64,000 nt of DNA from the human T2T-CHM13v2.0 reference genome, Homo sapiens. This document shows positions 1-16,800 of this stretch, piece after piece (the stretch's first letter is position 1; each line of letters starts with the position of its first letter). The notes beneath the pieces were generated by a model. It worked only from the letters and a program-made list of their open reading frames with translations, had not been told where the DNA came from and searched no databases. The position numbers were made by a program, and so were the translations under genes. Where the stretch lies: the NCBI RefSeq assembly GCF_009914755.1, contig NC_060939.1; one strand, written 5' to 3'.

Positions 1-232
1 TTTCTCTCAATCACTCACCCTGGGGAAGCCAGCTGACACGTTGTGAGGAGAAGCTACACGTGAGGAAACAGTCACATGAGGGAGCTTGGGAGCAAGCTGA
101 TCATCCAGCCCCAGTCAATCCTACAGATAACTGTAGTCCCAGCCAGTGTCTAGACTGCAACCTTGTGAGAGACCTTCAATTAGAGATACTCACCTAGGCT
201 GTTCCAGATTCCTAATCAACAGAAATAAAATA
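1..232 (+). mobile_element. MLT1-family (MaLR) LTR, 5' part; continues at ~3473-3540
   Basis: MLT1-like motifs: ggggaagccagctg, ccagccccagtcaa, gactgcaaccttgtgagagacc, ccagattcct...acagaaa. Subfamily not resolved. Confidence 0.65.
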
Positions 233-543
<311 letters not shown>

Positions 544-572
544 TAAGGTAAGCAATTATTTCATTTCCTTGG

Positions 573-1598
573 TGAAGGGGTGGCCTGCCCCTCCACACCT
601 GTGGGTATTTCTAGTCGGGTGGGACAAGAGACTGAGAAAACAAATAAGACACAGAGACAAAGTATAGAGAAACAACAGTGGGCCCAGGGGACCGGCACTC
701 AACACACCAAGGACCTGCACTGGCACCGGCCTCTGAGTTCCCTCAGTTTTTATTGATTATTATTTTCATTATTTCAGCAAAAAGGAATGTAGTAGGAGAG
801 CAGGGTGATAATAAGGAGAAGGTCAGCAAAAAACATGTGAGCAAAGGAATCTATGTCATAATTAAGTTCAAGGGAATGTACTATGACTGGACGTGCACGT
901 AAGCCAGATTTATGTTTCTCTCCACCCAAACATCTCAGCGGAGTAAAGAATAACAAGGCAGCATTACTGCAAACATATCTCGCCTCCCACCATAGGGCGG
1001 TTTTTCTCCTATCTCAGAATTGAACAAATGTACAATCGGGTTTTATACCGAGACATTCAGTTCCCAGGGGCAGACAGGAGACAGTGGCCTTCCTCTATCT
1101 CAACTGCAAGAGGCTTTCCTCTTTTACTAATCCACCTCAGCACAGACCCTTTACGGGTGTCGGGCTGGGGGACAGTCAGGTCTTTCTCATCCCACGAGGC
1201 CATATTTCAGACTATCACACGGGGAGAAAACTTGGACAATACCCCGCTTTCAAGGGCAGAGGTCCCTGCAGCTTTCCACAGTACATTGTGCCCATGGCTT
1301 ATTGAGACTAGAGAATGGCGATGACTTTCACCAAGTATACTGCTTGTAAACATTTTGTTAACAAGGCACGTCCTGCACAGCCCTGGATCACTTAAACCTT
1401 GATTTTATACAACACATGTTTTTGTGAGCTCCAAGTTGGGTCACAGTGGTTGGGTCAAAGTGGCTGGGGCAAAGCTACAAATTAACAACATCTCAGCAAA
1501 GCAATTGTTTAAAGTACAGGTCTTTTTCAAAATGGAGTCTCTTATGTCTTTCCTTTCTACATAGACACAGTAACAGTCTGATCTCTCTTTTCCCTTCA
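573..1598 (-). mobile_element. HERV-K (HML-2) solo LTR, LTR5A/LTR5B-like, 1026 bp
   Basis: TG...CA termini. The minus strand begins tgaagggaaaagagagatcagactgttactgtgtct. 5-bp target-site duplication (TSD) CTTGG at 568-572 and 1599-1603. AATAAA on the minus strand at 749-754. Confidence 0.92.
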
Positions 1599-2855
1599 CT
1601 TGGCCTGACAGCATTGACTTCATTACACAAGAACTTGCAGCTGACAGAACTGACACACAGATTTCCCCCAAGAGGAAGAACCCTTTTCATTTGCAGAGAT
1701 GAATTGAAATGTCATGTCTGAGTGCAATTCCTGCTCCCCACTCCCACCCCACAAAATCCTATAAGTGATAATAAATCAATAAAATCCCCATGATTTACTA
1801 AAAGTCATCCCTGCAAACCTTTCTAACTAGCAGCTGCAGTGGATAACCAAGAAGGGAAGCAGCTGGCCATCACATAGCATTCCTGTGAGTGTGAGAATGA
1901 AGGGACAGCAGCATGGGAGCGAGAATCCTGAATGAGTGAGAGGTATAGATAATCTACCTCACTTCATACCTGCCCCTTCCCTACATAAGACATCTCTGTC
2001 CTGATACATGGAAAATACTAGAGGAGATGGTAGAAGTGGTTTTAGTCTGCAATTGGAAATGCCTGAAGCTTATTAAATTCCAAGGTAGGGGTGAGATGAG
2101 GAGCACCAGAGAGAAAGAGCAGGTTAGACAGAGATGCTCAACTCACTCTGTCAATTCCAGTTTAATGCTATTTAACAACAAAATTATCTTCTTAATCATA
2201 ACCACCCTCATGCCTAACCCCTATTTTCCAAAGATAAGAGATCCCTGTCTAAATTTCTGGGTTGGTGTCTACTGCCGCCCCTGGGGTGGTACTGTGATGT
2301 TTGTGAGTGAGATTGCAACTGGGATGGGAGAAAAGAAGTGTGGGATACGGAAGATCGGGGGCCACGATGCATCAATTACAGTGGGTCTCTTTTCGTCCCC
2401 AGGTATGGCCCACTACCACAAGTCCCCTTTCCCTACCTGTCTTGTGCAACTGTCAAAAACAGAATCTCTGCCCAAAGAGAAGGGAGCACAGGGAGTTGCT
2501 GCTGGACTGCCATCATCTCTGACCCCAACTTGTCCACCTCCTGACCGACCTTTCTATGAAACTGCACAAAAATTAAATCTCAGGAATGCCATAAAATTAC
2601 ATCATCCCCATTCCTCTATCAAAGCCAATCCAACAGCTCTGTCCTGACATGCTTTCTCCCTGGGCCAAGGAAGCAACAAAAAATATCAGTTGAGCATGTG
2701 AAAATGCGTTGACGGTGTGTGCGGTGTAAAGTTTCTATATGTCTTCACCTTCTGTCTCCTCACGGTGGGAGCCGCCCTCTCTTTCCCCAAGTCACACACA
2801 CACCCCTCCCCTACCCCTAAGTCCAGGTGCTTCCATCTGCTGGGCTTCCAACCAC

Positions 2856-3215
<360 letters not shown>

Positions 3216-3472
3216 TCACAGGGCTTCCGTGATCCCCGCGCAGGGCCTGCCTCCTTCGCCGCTGACCGCTGGCCACGTCCCGCTCCCTCCGCCGACGTGT
3301 GCTTAGAATAGCTGCAGAAATGTCCGCTTCCGGGTCAACAGCACTGGTCCAAGTGTGCGGGAGGGCAGAAGGTGGGGTGGGAGGGGGACCTCGGGTGCGC
3401 CTGCCTGGAGGTAGAGGAGAGCCAGGTGGAGAAATACCGGCGGCTTTTCCAAACAGCTGGGAGCACAAAAAC

Positions 3473-3540
3473 CAAATATTTGGTTTTTTAAACCAATAAA
3501 TTTTGGGGTAATTTGTTACACAGCAATAGATAATGATAGA
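3473..3540 (+). mobile_element. MLT1 LTR 3' end
   Basis: ttttggggtaatttgttacacagcaatagataa is the typical MLT1 terminus. Confidence 0.7.
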
Positions 3541-3565
3541 CTCTCTCTTTAAAAAAATCAGTTCT

Positions 3566-3917
<352 letters not shown>

Positions 3918-4663
3918 TCATGCTCCTTGAAGTCCTTTCACAGTTTTTCCTGGCTCTTCTACGCCTCCTCTCGGCCACGCCCTTTAGCACCCAACCCCTC
4001 AACAGGTAATGATCCTCTCTTCACGTGGCCATTGCGGGTACATGATTGGTTTCCTGTACTGACTGCTCTTCTCGTGAGACCAAGCTTCCTTTCCCCTACT
4101 CCCCACACACCTGATCATTGTGAACAAACCGCCGAGAGAACAAGGTAAGGCAGAAGGAACAGAAGCTGCAGAGAGCGGCAGGGGATAGCCACCAGCCAGA
4201 TTCTGTGACTCTTCATTCATCTCCCCACTCCAGTCCCAGACTGAAGAATAATCTTCATGATCTCCTTAATGGCAAAATGCTAGAAAGACTTACCGAGGGG
4301 TCTGAAGATGCCTTCGGTTCTCCAGGTCCTGAACTCTGTTCCAGTTACAGGAGGACTGGCAATCCCTAGGTTTCCTGGGTGTTACTTTGTTACTGACCTC
4401 CTCTGAGATTTCCATTTTCCTCAATTTCGTCTAACTAAATCTAACTACGTCTAACTACCTCTGCTAACCAGACATTTGTTCATAGTCGACAGAGTTTCCG
4501 AAAATGCAATGTAGTTACCTTGCAGATGACTATAATTGTGTAGCAAAATAACTAAGATGCCACTGGCTATATGGAAAAAAAAATTACTTAGGATTTTGAT
4601 ACCTTTTATGGTTTATTTCCCCTTTTGGCCTGTGAACTTCATGAAGGTAATGGTTATGTATGA

Positions 4664-5007
<344 letters not shown>

Positions 5008-5121
5008 CCAGAACGATCTTGAGAACAGAATGTTCCCAATAAATATCCACTGGAAAATGCACCTTATTTTTGTTGAAGGAATGGTGGAATTAGCATCAAA
5101 GGGATCTTCAACATTAACTCG

Positions 5122-5458
<337 letters not shown>

Positions 5459-5799
5459 TCACAAAATGTTCTTTTATTTTTCTAAATTGCACTGAATCAA
5501 CAAACGGAGTAGACAGGCACATTTTCTTCACTTTAAGGAAAGACTTTGTTGTTTTTTAGCTAGGGGCCGACCCAAAGTGATCACTGGCTCTCACATGAGA
5601 CCCAGGAGCCTCCCCAGTTTGAAGCCCGATATCACATTTCCCAGAATACTTGATGCCCTCGCCCGCCTCCTCTGGCTATCAACCAGACGGAAAGGGGATG
5701 TGCCTGGGAGTTTGATGCCAAGGGAAGGATGCGGAATGTCTGTTTTCTACTAAGGGCTTCTGCTGGGCCTTTCCAATGTCCAGTTTGAGTTGGTCTGGG

Positions 5800-6800
5800 A
5801 CCTGGCCTCCGCAAACACCCTGCAGGCTCCGGCCGCCGGGGATGAGGTGGAAGACTGGGCAGAAGAGAGGCCGCAAAGGCCCGAGGGCTGAGCTGCTCTG
5901 CGCTGGGGAGGGGCGAAGTGCCAGAGCGCGGGAGACCTCATGGTGGGCACCAGGCTGCTCCGCGGTAGGTGGGTGAGGCCAGGAGATTCACATCTGCAGA
6001 TGCCACAGTGAGGATACAGCATTTAGATCCCTCGGCTCCAAACAGGCGGTTCCGGGGGACCGGTAGCTGGGGAATTGGGTTTAGCACTTTCCAACGCTTG
6101 GAACTGGACATCCACGGCTCCGAGTCCTTTGAGGTCTTGCTCGGGACTACGTTTCCCAGAAGGCTAGGCGATAATTGACAGCTCTATCAGCCTATGGACA
6201 GAGAAAAATTCTAGCCATGGAAACTGAAAAGCCAATAGCAAGAGGATGGGGGCGGTACTTTCCGGCCGCTGGCTGTCGAAGCCGGAGTCCCACCTGTGTC
6301 CCCACAGCCCTGTCACGAATCCCGGTCGGGTTCTGGGAGGCACAGCCTCGGGGTTGCGGGCCGGGTGCGGCTCGGCGGTGGAGGACTCACTTCCTGCTCC
6401 ATCCCCGGCTGGGCCCTGGGGCGGTGAGTGATTCAAGGAGGGAGACCGCGGCGGCAGCGGCGCGCTGCTGAGGGGCGTGGAGGGGGCTTGCCCGCCACCC
6501 AGACGTTTTCTCAGCGGGGTTCCCGCGCTGGCCTTTGGGAGCCCCCGGGTCTTGCTGGGCTGTGGGAGAGGTAGCTGTGGTCTCTATACCGTCGGCGGGA
6601 TAAGTCATTCTCTTAATCAGTTTTCTTGCTTCTCGATGGTGGTCCCAGGGTTTCAGCTGATCTGTGACCCTCTGACCGCCGCACCCCGGTTAGGGCGCGA
6701 GCACCGAGAAGAAGAACGGGGTTCGGCCCCACGCGTGCAGTCATGTTCCTATTAATAAACCCGGTGAACGCACTGGAGCTTCTCACAGTGGCACTTAGTC
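5800..6800. promoter_or_regulatory. ZNF774: CpG island / ZNF774 promoter
   Basis: CpG-dense. CCAAT at 6232-6236, GC box at ~6248-6255, ETS-like ttccgg and cacttcctg (6388-6396). Confidence 0.85.
6290..6423 (+). other. ZNF774: ZNF774 exon 1, non-coding (start approximate)
   Basis: Donor gcg|GTGAGT at 6423/6424 inside the CpG island, downstream of the CCAAT and GC boxes. The TSS cannot be fixed from sequence. Confidence 0.65.
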
Positions 6801-6890
6801 ACAGCCCCTCAGCGCTGTGGGGCCTTTGAGGTCACCTGTGCATGGGGAAAGGGACGGGCTGGGAAACAGGGTTTCTATAACCGTGGCTAA

Positions 6891-7157
<267 letters not shown>

Positions 7158-7435
7158 TAGTAGAGACAGGGTTTCACCATGTTGGCCAGGCTGATCTCGA
7201 ACTCCTGACCCCAGGTGATCCGCCCGTCTCGTCTTCCCAAAGTGCTGGGATTACAGTCATGAGCCACAGCACCTGGCCAATACTGAAAACTCTTATTACA
7301 ATTTTTACTTTCTAATTACATTATTGTTGTTTGTTAAAGTTTTAAACCAGAGAGATGGTTTTTAGATCCTTAAAAACTCAATACTTTATAAATGACCAAT
7401 AATAATGTCTGTAAATACAAAAATATTTCCCCCAA

Positions 7436-7437
<2 letters not shown>

Positions 7438-7479
<42 letters not shown>
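7438..7479. repeat. (GT)~21 microsatellite
   Basis: Perfect dinucleotide run. Confidence 0.97.
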
Positions 7480-7480
<1 letters not shown>

Positions 7481-8653
7481 CCAGTAGTAAATAGGTGATT
7501 TGTAGTGGGACAAAAGATGTGAAAGAGTAAAACTTCTTCACCACAGTCTGGTCCTTCCTCCCTTGAAATGCAATATTCTTTGTAGTGGGTGGTCATGCTG
7601 GCTGCATTTTTTTTTTTTTTAAGGGAGAGACAGGGGCTCACTCTGTTGCTAGGCTGGGGTGCAGTGGCGCCATCATAGCTCACTGCAGCCTGGAACTCCT
7701 GGGCTGAAGTGATCCTCCCACTTCAGCCTCCTGAGTAGCTGGGACCACAAGTGCATGCCACCATGCCTGGCTGATTTTTAAAAGTTCTTTGTAGAGAAAG
7801 AGGTCTCAATATGTTGCTGAGGCTGGTTTATTGGAAACTTTTTAAGGGAAAAAACATTATCTTAATTTCTATGTGACTCCTATGCCTGGCAACATATTAA
7901 TTGTTGAATAAATGACTGATCCATCCAGTAATTCACTCTTGACTATCCTCCAAAAAGTAATGTTTTTCATGATATTGCTGTCGATTTATTAATATATTAA
8001 TGATTGGTTTCAGCCCCTAAGAGTTGTGTTTTGTGCTTATTCCCACTTTCACTTATTTTTACAACCTATCCATGTCTTCTTTTTTTTAAAAAAAAAATGT
8101 CTTTTTCAGTCTTATTTCTGACTCCATTAAGATCTTGAAATAGAATGGTATCCAACACAGTTCCCTTTGGGGTTCTGTATAATCTGTCCCTTGAGGTTGA
8201 CACCAAATCTGCAAGCCAAGAAGTTAGCTGCTCCCATAACTAATATGAGTATAGTTAAGGCCACAATTTCCTTGCTTGCTGAGGAAAATGAAGTTGGGGA
8301 GAATCAAAAGCTTTCCAGAAATCAAATTACACCTGCCAACTCTCTCCTTTGTTTACCTTGTTCATCGTGGACAATTTGTTCCTCAAAAAGTCAATGTGTC
8401 TAAAAGACTGGGTTCTGTCGATGTGTTTGGGAGGCCTAGGCCTCTCTTAGTAATGGGAAAGTTGGCCAGGAGAAGACGTATGTAAAAACAGACTTAGAAA
8501 AGCACCCCTCTGTGGTTGACAGAATTTACCTCAGGACCATTCTGGTCAGGTGTGGGGGGTTGTTTGTGTACACTGGTGGCCATTTTTTGGCTTTCAGACA
8601 ATGGTGAGAATATCTAGGGAGCTACTGATGCACATTGAGGTCTCTTGCTTTAG

Positions 8654-8986
<333 letters not shown>

Positions 8987-9473
8987 TAGTAGAGACAGGA
9001 TTTTGCTATGTTGGCAAGGCTGGTCTCACTATGCTGTCCAGGCTGGTCTCAAACTCCTGAGCTCAAGCAATCCACTGGCCTCCGCCTTCCAAAGTGCTAG
9101 GATTATGGGCGCCACCATGCCTGACCACTGCTCTCCTTTAATTTGAGACTTAGATATTTGGAGAGGGCCCAGGTCTGAGGAGTTTCTGGTATGTTGGCAT
9201 CTTAGAGCTCCAGACCTCTGTAAGATTAATTGTTGCCTCCTTGGGAGAAAAACAATTACTTCCTTATGCATTTTATGGTTTGCAAATGTCTTTGCTATTT
9301 ATTGTCCTTTTAATATCTCATCATAACTTTTTGACTTATGTATTACTATCCCCCTTTTCCAGCCTGGGTTGGACTCTCACCTCTGCCACTTAACTTCTGA
9401 GACTTCTGAGGTCTTTGTGGAAAAGGAGGTAATTTTTTCTGTCACTTAAAAACAGGCTGGGGGCAGTGGCTCA

Positions 9474-9820
<347 letters not shown>

Positions 9821-11580
9821 TCACAAGGTCAGGAGATCGAGACCATCCTGGCTAACATGGTGAAACCCCGTCTTACTAAAAATACAAAAAATTAGCCAGG
9901 CATGGTGGTGGGCACCTGTAGTCCCAGCTACTCGGGAGGCTGAGGCAGGAGAACAGCGTGAACTGGGAGGCGGAGCTTGCAGTGAGCCAAGATCATGCCA
10001 CTGCACTCCATCCTGGGCGACAGAGCAAGACTCCATCTCAAAAAAAAAAAAATAAATAAAAAAAACCAAAAACACCTCCAATGCTCTTTCTCAAATATCA
10101 TGGCTACCCTTCCTCCTGCTTTACTTCTTTCTTTCTTTTTTTTTTTTTGTGGCAGAGTCTCGCTGTGTCGCCCAGGCTGGAGTGCCATGGCATGATCTCG
10201 GCTCACTGCAACCTCTGCCTCCTAGGTTCAAGCGATTCCTGGATAATTTTTTGTATTTTTAGTAGAGATGGGTTATCTCCATGTGGTCAGGCTGGTCTCA
10301 AACTACTGACCTCAAGTGATCCGCTCACTTCGGCCTCCCAAAGTGCTGGGATTATAGGAGTGGGCCCAGCTCTAATTTTTGTATTTTTAGTGGAGTCGAG
10401 GTTTCACCATGTTGGCCAGGCTGGTCTTGAACTCCTGACCTCAAGTGATCCGCTGGCCTTGGCCTCCCAAAGTGCTGAGATTAGAGGTGTGAGCCACTGC
10501 GCCTGGCCTACTTCATCTATTATACAAGTAATGTATACTCATTCAATAAAAAGTCAAGCAAAATGAAAACAAACATCATCCCTAATCCCACCAATGAAGA
10601 GTTACTATCCTACCAGCATTTTTCTAAGCATATATACAATTTTAAAAGAAGCACAAAAGAATAATATTGGGATTATGCTGTATATTCAGCTGTACATTCT
10701 TTCTTCCATGTTGTATTGTGAGTATATCTTTCTTTACATCACTTAAAATAACCACCTAGTATTTTGTTTTATGGAATACAATATTATTTTGTTGATGAAG
10801 TCAAACATTAGATTGAACCATATATCTGACCTTTTTTTAACCTATAAAAATAGCAATTGCCTGAGCTACTTGGGAGGCTGAGGCAGGAGGATCCCTTCAG
10901 CACAGGAGTTCGAGGCTGCAGTGAGCTATATAATTATTCCTTTGTTGTGGGACATTTAGGTCATTTCTAAACTTTCACCAGGTTGTGATAAACATCTTTT
11001 AGCTCGTTTTTTAAAAAGTATTTTTTATTGAAGTATAATTTTATCATTTTCTTAGAATTCTCAGAATTAGAATTGGTGGGTCAAAGAACAGATACATTTC
11101 TAAGGTATTTAATACTTTGCAAAATGCCTTCCAAGAAGATTGAATCAATTGATTTATTCCCACAAACATTATATGAAAGTGCGCATTTCTTTATATTCTA
11201 CCTTTCACAGTGGGTATTATAATTTAAAGAGTCTGGGCCTGGGTGTGGCAGCTCATGTCTATAATCCCAGCATTTTGGGAGGCTGAGGCAGGAGGACCAC
11301 TTGAGCTCTGGAGTTCCAGACCAGCCTGGGCAACATAATGAGACCCTGTCTCTACAAAAAGTTACATTAACCAGGTGTAGGGGCTTGTGCCTCTGGTCCC
11401 AGCTACTTGGGAGGCTGAGGTGAGAGAATCGCTTGAGCCAGGAGCTCGAGGATGCAGTTAACTGTGATTGTACCAGTGCTCTCCAGCCTGGGTGACAGAG
11501 CAAGAGCCTGTCTCAAAAACAAACAAACACACACACAAAACACAAAAAAAGAGTCTGGGAAAAATAGCAATAATAGTTAA

Positions 11581-11866
<286 letters not shown>

Positions 11867-12862
11867 TGAGCTACTGCACCTGGCCAATGGATCTTATTCT
11901 TATCCCAATTTTTTTTTTTTTTTTTGAGATGGAGTCTCTCTCTGTCGTCCAGGCTGGAGTGCAGTGGTGTGACCTCGATTCACCATAACCTCTGCCTCCT
12001 GGGTTCAAGCGATTCTCCTGCCTCAGCCTCCCGAGTAACTGGGACTACAGGCCTGTGCCACCATGCCCGGCTAATTTTTAGTAGAGACGGGGTTTCACTA
12101 TGTTGGCCAGGCTGGTCTCAAACTCCTGACCTCGTAATCCGCCTGCCTCGGCCTCCCAAAGTTCTGGGATTATAGGTGTGAGCCACTGAGCCTGGCCTCT
12201 TATCCCTATTTTATTGATGAAGACATTGAGACACAGAGTTTAAGTAACTTTCTTAAGGCCACACAGCTTGTAAGAGGCAGGATGATGACTCAGACCCAGG
12301 CAGTGTGACTCTTGAGTTTGCACTCATTACCTCTACACTATATTGCCTCAGTGTATCATTGTTATAATGGAATTTCTTTGATTATAGTGAGGTTAAACAT
12401 TTTTCGTATATTTACAGGCTACTTAACAACTGTTTGTCTTTTTCTCATGGCTTTTTTGACTGCTGCCATTCTGGGAAAATTTTAAAGCCCAACATTATAG
12501 TTAACTTCCTTCATTGTTTCTAAGGGTGAGGTCATGGAGGCTTGGTTTCTGATAAAATCCTCTCCATATTTAGCTTTAGCCTTGTACCTTCAGAAATGGT
12601 TATTGTATTTACTTCAGAGTTTCTGTCACCTGAGTCTGGTTTTTTTTCTTTATGGGAGGAAAAGGGCTTTTTTTTCTTAACATTTTGGGGAAATCACCGT
12701 GTTTTATCACTGTACCATGGCTGCACTTTTTTAATGACACCAAATACACGTTAGAGCTCCCCAGGTGTTCTTCCATACCTAGGCAGGGAGTAGGGCTTGG
12801 ATTTTGCTCAGGCCTTGTGTGATTGGCTCAGACTCACATCCTATGTTTACATTCCTGTGTAG

Positions 12863-12969
12863 AATTTCCAGGCCTAGTGTAATCTCCCAGCCGGAGCAGA
12901 AAGAAGAGCCATGGGTCCTACCACTCCAAAACTTTGAGGCGAGGAAGATCCCGAGGGAAAGCCACACAG
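12863..12969 (+). CDS. ZNF774: ZNF774 exon 3, KRAB-B-like: [35 protein letters not shown]
   Basis: Acceptor tgtag| at 12862, donor cag|GTGAGA. 107 nt keeps the frame between exons 2 and 4. Matches the KRAB-B motif (S-K/R-P-x-VIS-x-x-EQ-x-EEPW). Confidence 0.9.
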
Positions 12970-13076
12970 GTGAGATGTGAGTGCTCCCCAGTGGAAGGAA
13001 ATCTAGCATTTCAGCCTTGTTTAGATGAAGAATTTGGAATGCTGCCTTAGAATTTTGTTCTTACTAGCAGACATTT

Positions 13077-13383
<307 letters not shown>

Positions 13384-13446
13384 ACTAGCAGACATTTAAA
13401 TTTGACTTAATGGTCAGTAGTTGACTAAATAAAGTCTTCATTTTGA

Positions 13447-13803
<357 letters not shown>

Positions 13804-14054
13804 TGACAATATGTGGTCTCCGCTTGAAGGATATCAAGATTCATCTGGCCATCTTAAAATTTAAAAAGTTTAGGAATTCACGTGTTCTGACAGCTCAATG
13901 AACCTCAATAAACTTTTCACAAAGTGAAAACAGAGCGGTTGAATTAAGTGCAGTCTGCTGCAGAAACAGGGATTTTAATCTTTGTCACTGCTTTCTGATA
14001 TTCCTTCCTGATAACTGATAACTTTATTCTCTGTTACTTACATTAATTTTTCAG

Positions 14055-15295
14055 ACTGTGAGCATCAGGTGGCAAAGCTCAATCAGGACAATTCTGAAAC
14101 AGCAGAACAATGTGGAACATCCTCAGAAAGGACCAATAAAGATCTTTCTCATACTCTTAGTTGGGGAGGAAACTGGGAGCAAGGCCTAGAATTAGAAGGG
14201 CAACATGGAACCCTTCCAGGAGAGGGCCAGCTGGAGTCCTTTTCACAGGAGAGGGATTTAAACAAGCTCCTGGATGGATATGTAGGAGAGAAGCCTATGT
14301 GTGCAGAATGCGGGAAAAGCTTTAACCAGAGTTCCTATCTCATAAGACACCTAAGAACCCACACTGGCGAGAGGCCCTATACGTGCATTGAGTGTGGGAA
14401 AGGCTTCAAACAGAGCTCAGACCTTGTCACCCATCGCAGAACACACACAGGAGAGAAGCCCTACCAATGCAAGGGGTGTGAGAAGAAATTCAGCGACAGC
14501 TCAACACTCATCAAACATCAGAGAACCCACACAGGGGAGAGACCCTATGAGTGCCCAGAGTGTGGAAAGACTTTTGGGCGGAAGCCACACCTCATAATGC
14601 ACCAAAGAACCCACACAGGCGAGAAGCCCTACGCGTGCCTGGAATGTCACAAAAGCTTCAGTCGAAGCTCAAATTTCATCACTCACCAGAGGACCCACAC
14701 AGGGGTGAAGCCTTACAGGTGTAATGACTGTGGGGAGAGTTTTAGCCAGAGCTCGGATTTGATTAAGCACCAACGAACCCACACGGGAGAACGGCCCTTC
14801 AAATGCCCGGAGTGCGGGAAGGGCTTCAGAGATAGTTCTCATTTTGTAGCTCACATGAGCACTCATTCAGGAGAGAGGCCTTTCAGTTGTCCTGACTGCC
14901 ACAAAAGCTTCAGTCAGAGCTCACATTTGGTCACGCACCAAAGAACACACACAGGTGAGAGACCTTTTAAGTGCGAAAACTGTGGGAAAGGATTCGCCGA
15001 CAGCTCCGCCCTCATTAAGCACCAACGAATCCACACCGGAGAAAGACCCTACAAATGTGGAGAGTGTGGGAAGAGCTTCAATCAGAGCTCCCACTTTATT
15101 ACCCATCAGCGAATCCACTTAGGAGACAGGCCCTATCGATGTCCTGAGTGTGGCAAGACCTTCAATCAGCGTTCCCATTTCCTCACACACCAGAGAACGC
15201 ATACAGGAGAAAAACCTTTCCACTGTAGTAAATGTAACAAGAGCTTCCGTCAGAAAGCGCATCTTTTATGCCATCAAAACACCCATTTGATTTAG
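14055..15295 (+). CDS. ZNF774: ZNF774 exon 4 coding part: spacer plus 12 tandem C2H2 zinc fingers
   Basis: Acceptor tttttcag| at 14054. 12 CxxC...HxxxH units with TGE(K/R)P-type linkers. Stop TAG at 15293-15295. Spliced total is 483 aa. Confidence 0.96.
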
Positions 15296-15544
15296 GAAGT
15301 AGTCTTTGGTGTTCAGCTGCTCCCTTGCACATTTTCATTGCTACTGTCTTCAAGCACCCCAAATAGAGAAAACCTGGGCGTCAGTGGCTCAATTTGGGCC
15401 CTGATCTATTCTCCCTCTTTCTTGTCTATGTTATAACAGAGAGGATAAACTTAAAGGGTCCAAATAACGGTCCGAATACAAAAGGCATTCCTTCAGTGTG
15501 TGACTGACTCTTAGGGAAATGTGAGTTTAATAGTTGATGCCCGC

Positions 15545-15835
<291 letters not shown>

Positions 15836-16160
15836 AAAGTTGATGCCTAGTTACTAAATGAGAAGTGAGAAAAATGTGGCCTAGAGATCACATGTTCACC
15901 ACCTAGTACAGTGCCTGGCACAACATAGATGCTCAATAACTAAATGGTCCCATCATTATTAATGATTAATAGTTGAGGTCTTATATAAAGGCTTTAATGC
16001 AGTACCTGGCCCTTAAAAGACACTCAGTACAAGATTGGTGGCTTTTATCAGTCTTATTACTCAATTAGAAATTTATTAGTGTAGTCCCCCCGCCCCAAAC
16101 TCAGAACGTGAAAGAAATTAGATTGGAACTAGAAGGTTTGGGGTTGGAATACACAAATTG

Positions 16161-16166
16161 AATAAA
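16161..16166 (+). terminator. Candidate ZNF774 polyadenylation signal AATAAA
   Basis: Canonical hexamer ~870 nt after the stop. Usage cannot be shown from sequence. Confidence 0.35.
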
Positions 16167-16758
16167 ATGGAAATGCACTGCCAGTTCAGTGCTGTGCAGG
16201 CATTAGTCACCAGAGGTCTCACTGCCATGACAAGGCCAAATTATCGTAGAGGATGTTTGCGGTCTTGTGACTTGGAGGCTGAAAGAATTTCAGAAGCTCT
16301 TTTAAATGGCAGTGTATGGCAGTGTATCTACCAGAGGTTTGCTGTCATCTGACACAGAGAAAATATCCTACAATGAACAAGCCAGAGGGACCTGGTAGAG
16401 GACTATAAAATTGTGGAAGCAAAATTGCTGAGAATGTCAAATGATATTACAGGGATCCTCCCTGGCATTTAGCTGAAGGAAGCAACTCTTGTTTTCTAAT
16501 TTGCTGGGTCATTGGCCATTTAGTTTTAGGTTAATATAATTCTCTGATCCTTTTAGGGCCATCCAGGTTATGCACTAGTACATTCCTACATTCAATTGAA
16601 ATAAATTGAGGGACGGCAAGTGTGTTGGAAAGAACACCGACTTCATTGAGAAGGTAAAGTATTTGAGTCCTGGCCCTGACGCTTAATTTGGCCAGACTTT
16701 CATCTTCTCCCAGCCTCAAGTTTTACCTACCTCACAAGGTTGTTGTGAGGATCTAAAA

Positions 16759-16760
<2 letters not shown>

Positions 16761-16798
<38 letters not shown>
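16761..16798. repeat. (AC)~19 microsatellite next to a MIR-like remnant
   Basis: Perfect run, preceded by cctacctcacaaggttgttgtgaggat (MIR core). Confidence 0.93.

Positions 16799-16800
<2 letters not shown>

Noticed and set aside
4430-4459. tctaacta-NN repeated three times
   Set aside because: Short, imperfect slippage repeat with no supporting context.
14069-15295. 408-aa ORF as a standalone single-exon gene
   Set aside because: Its start is a GTG inside exon 4 of the spliced 483-aa ZNF774.
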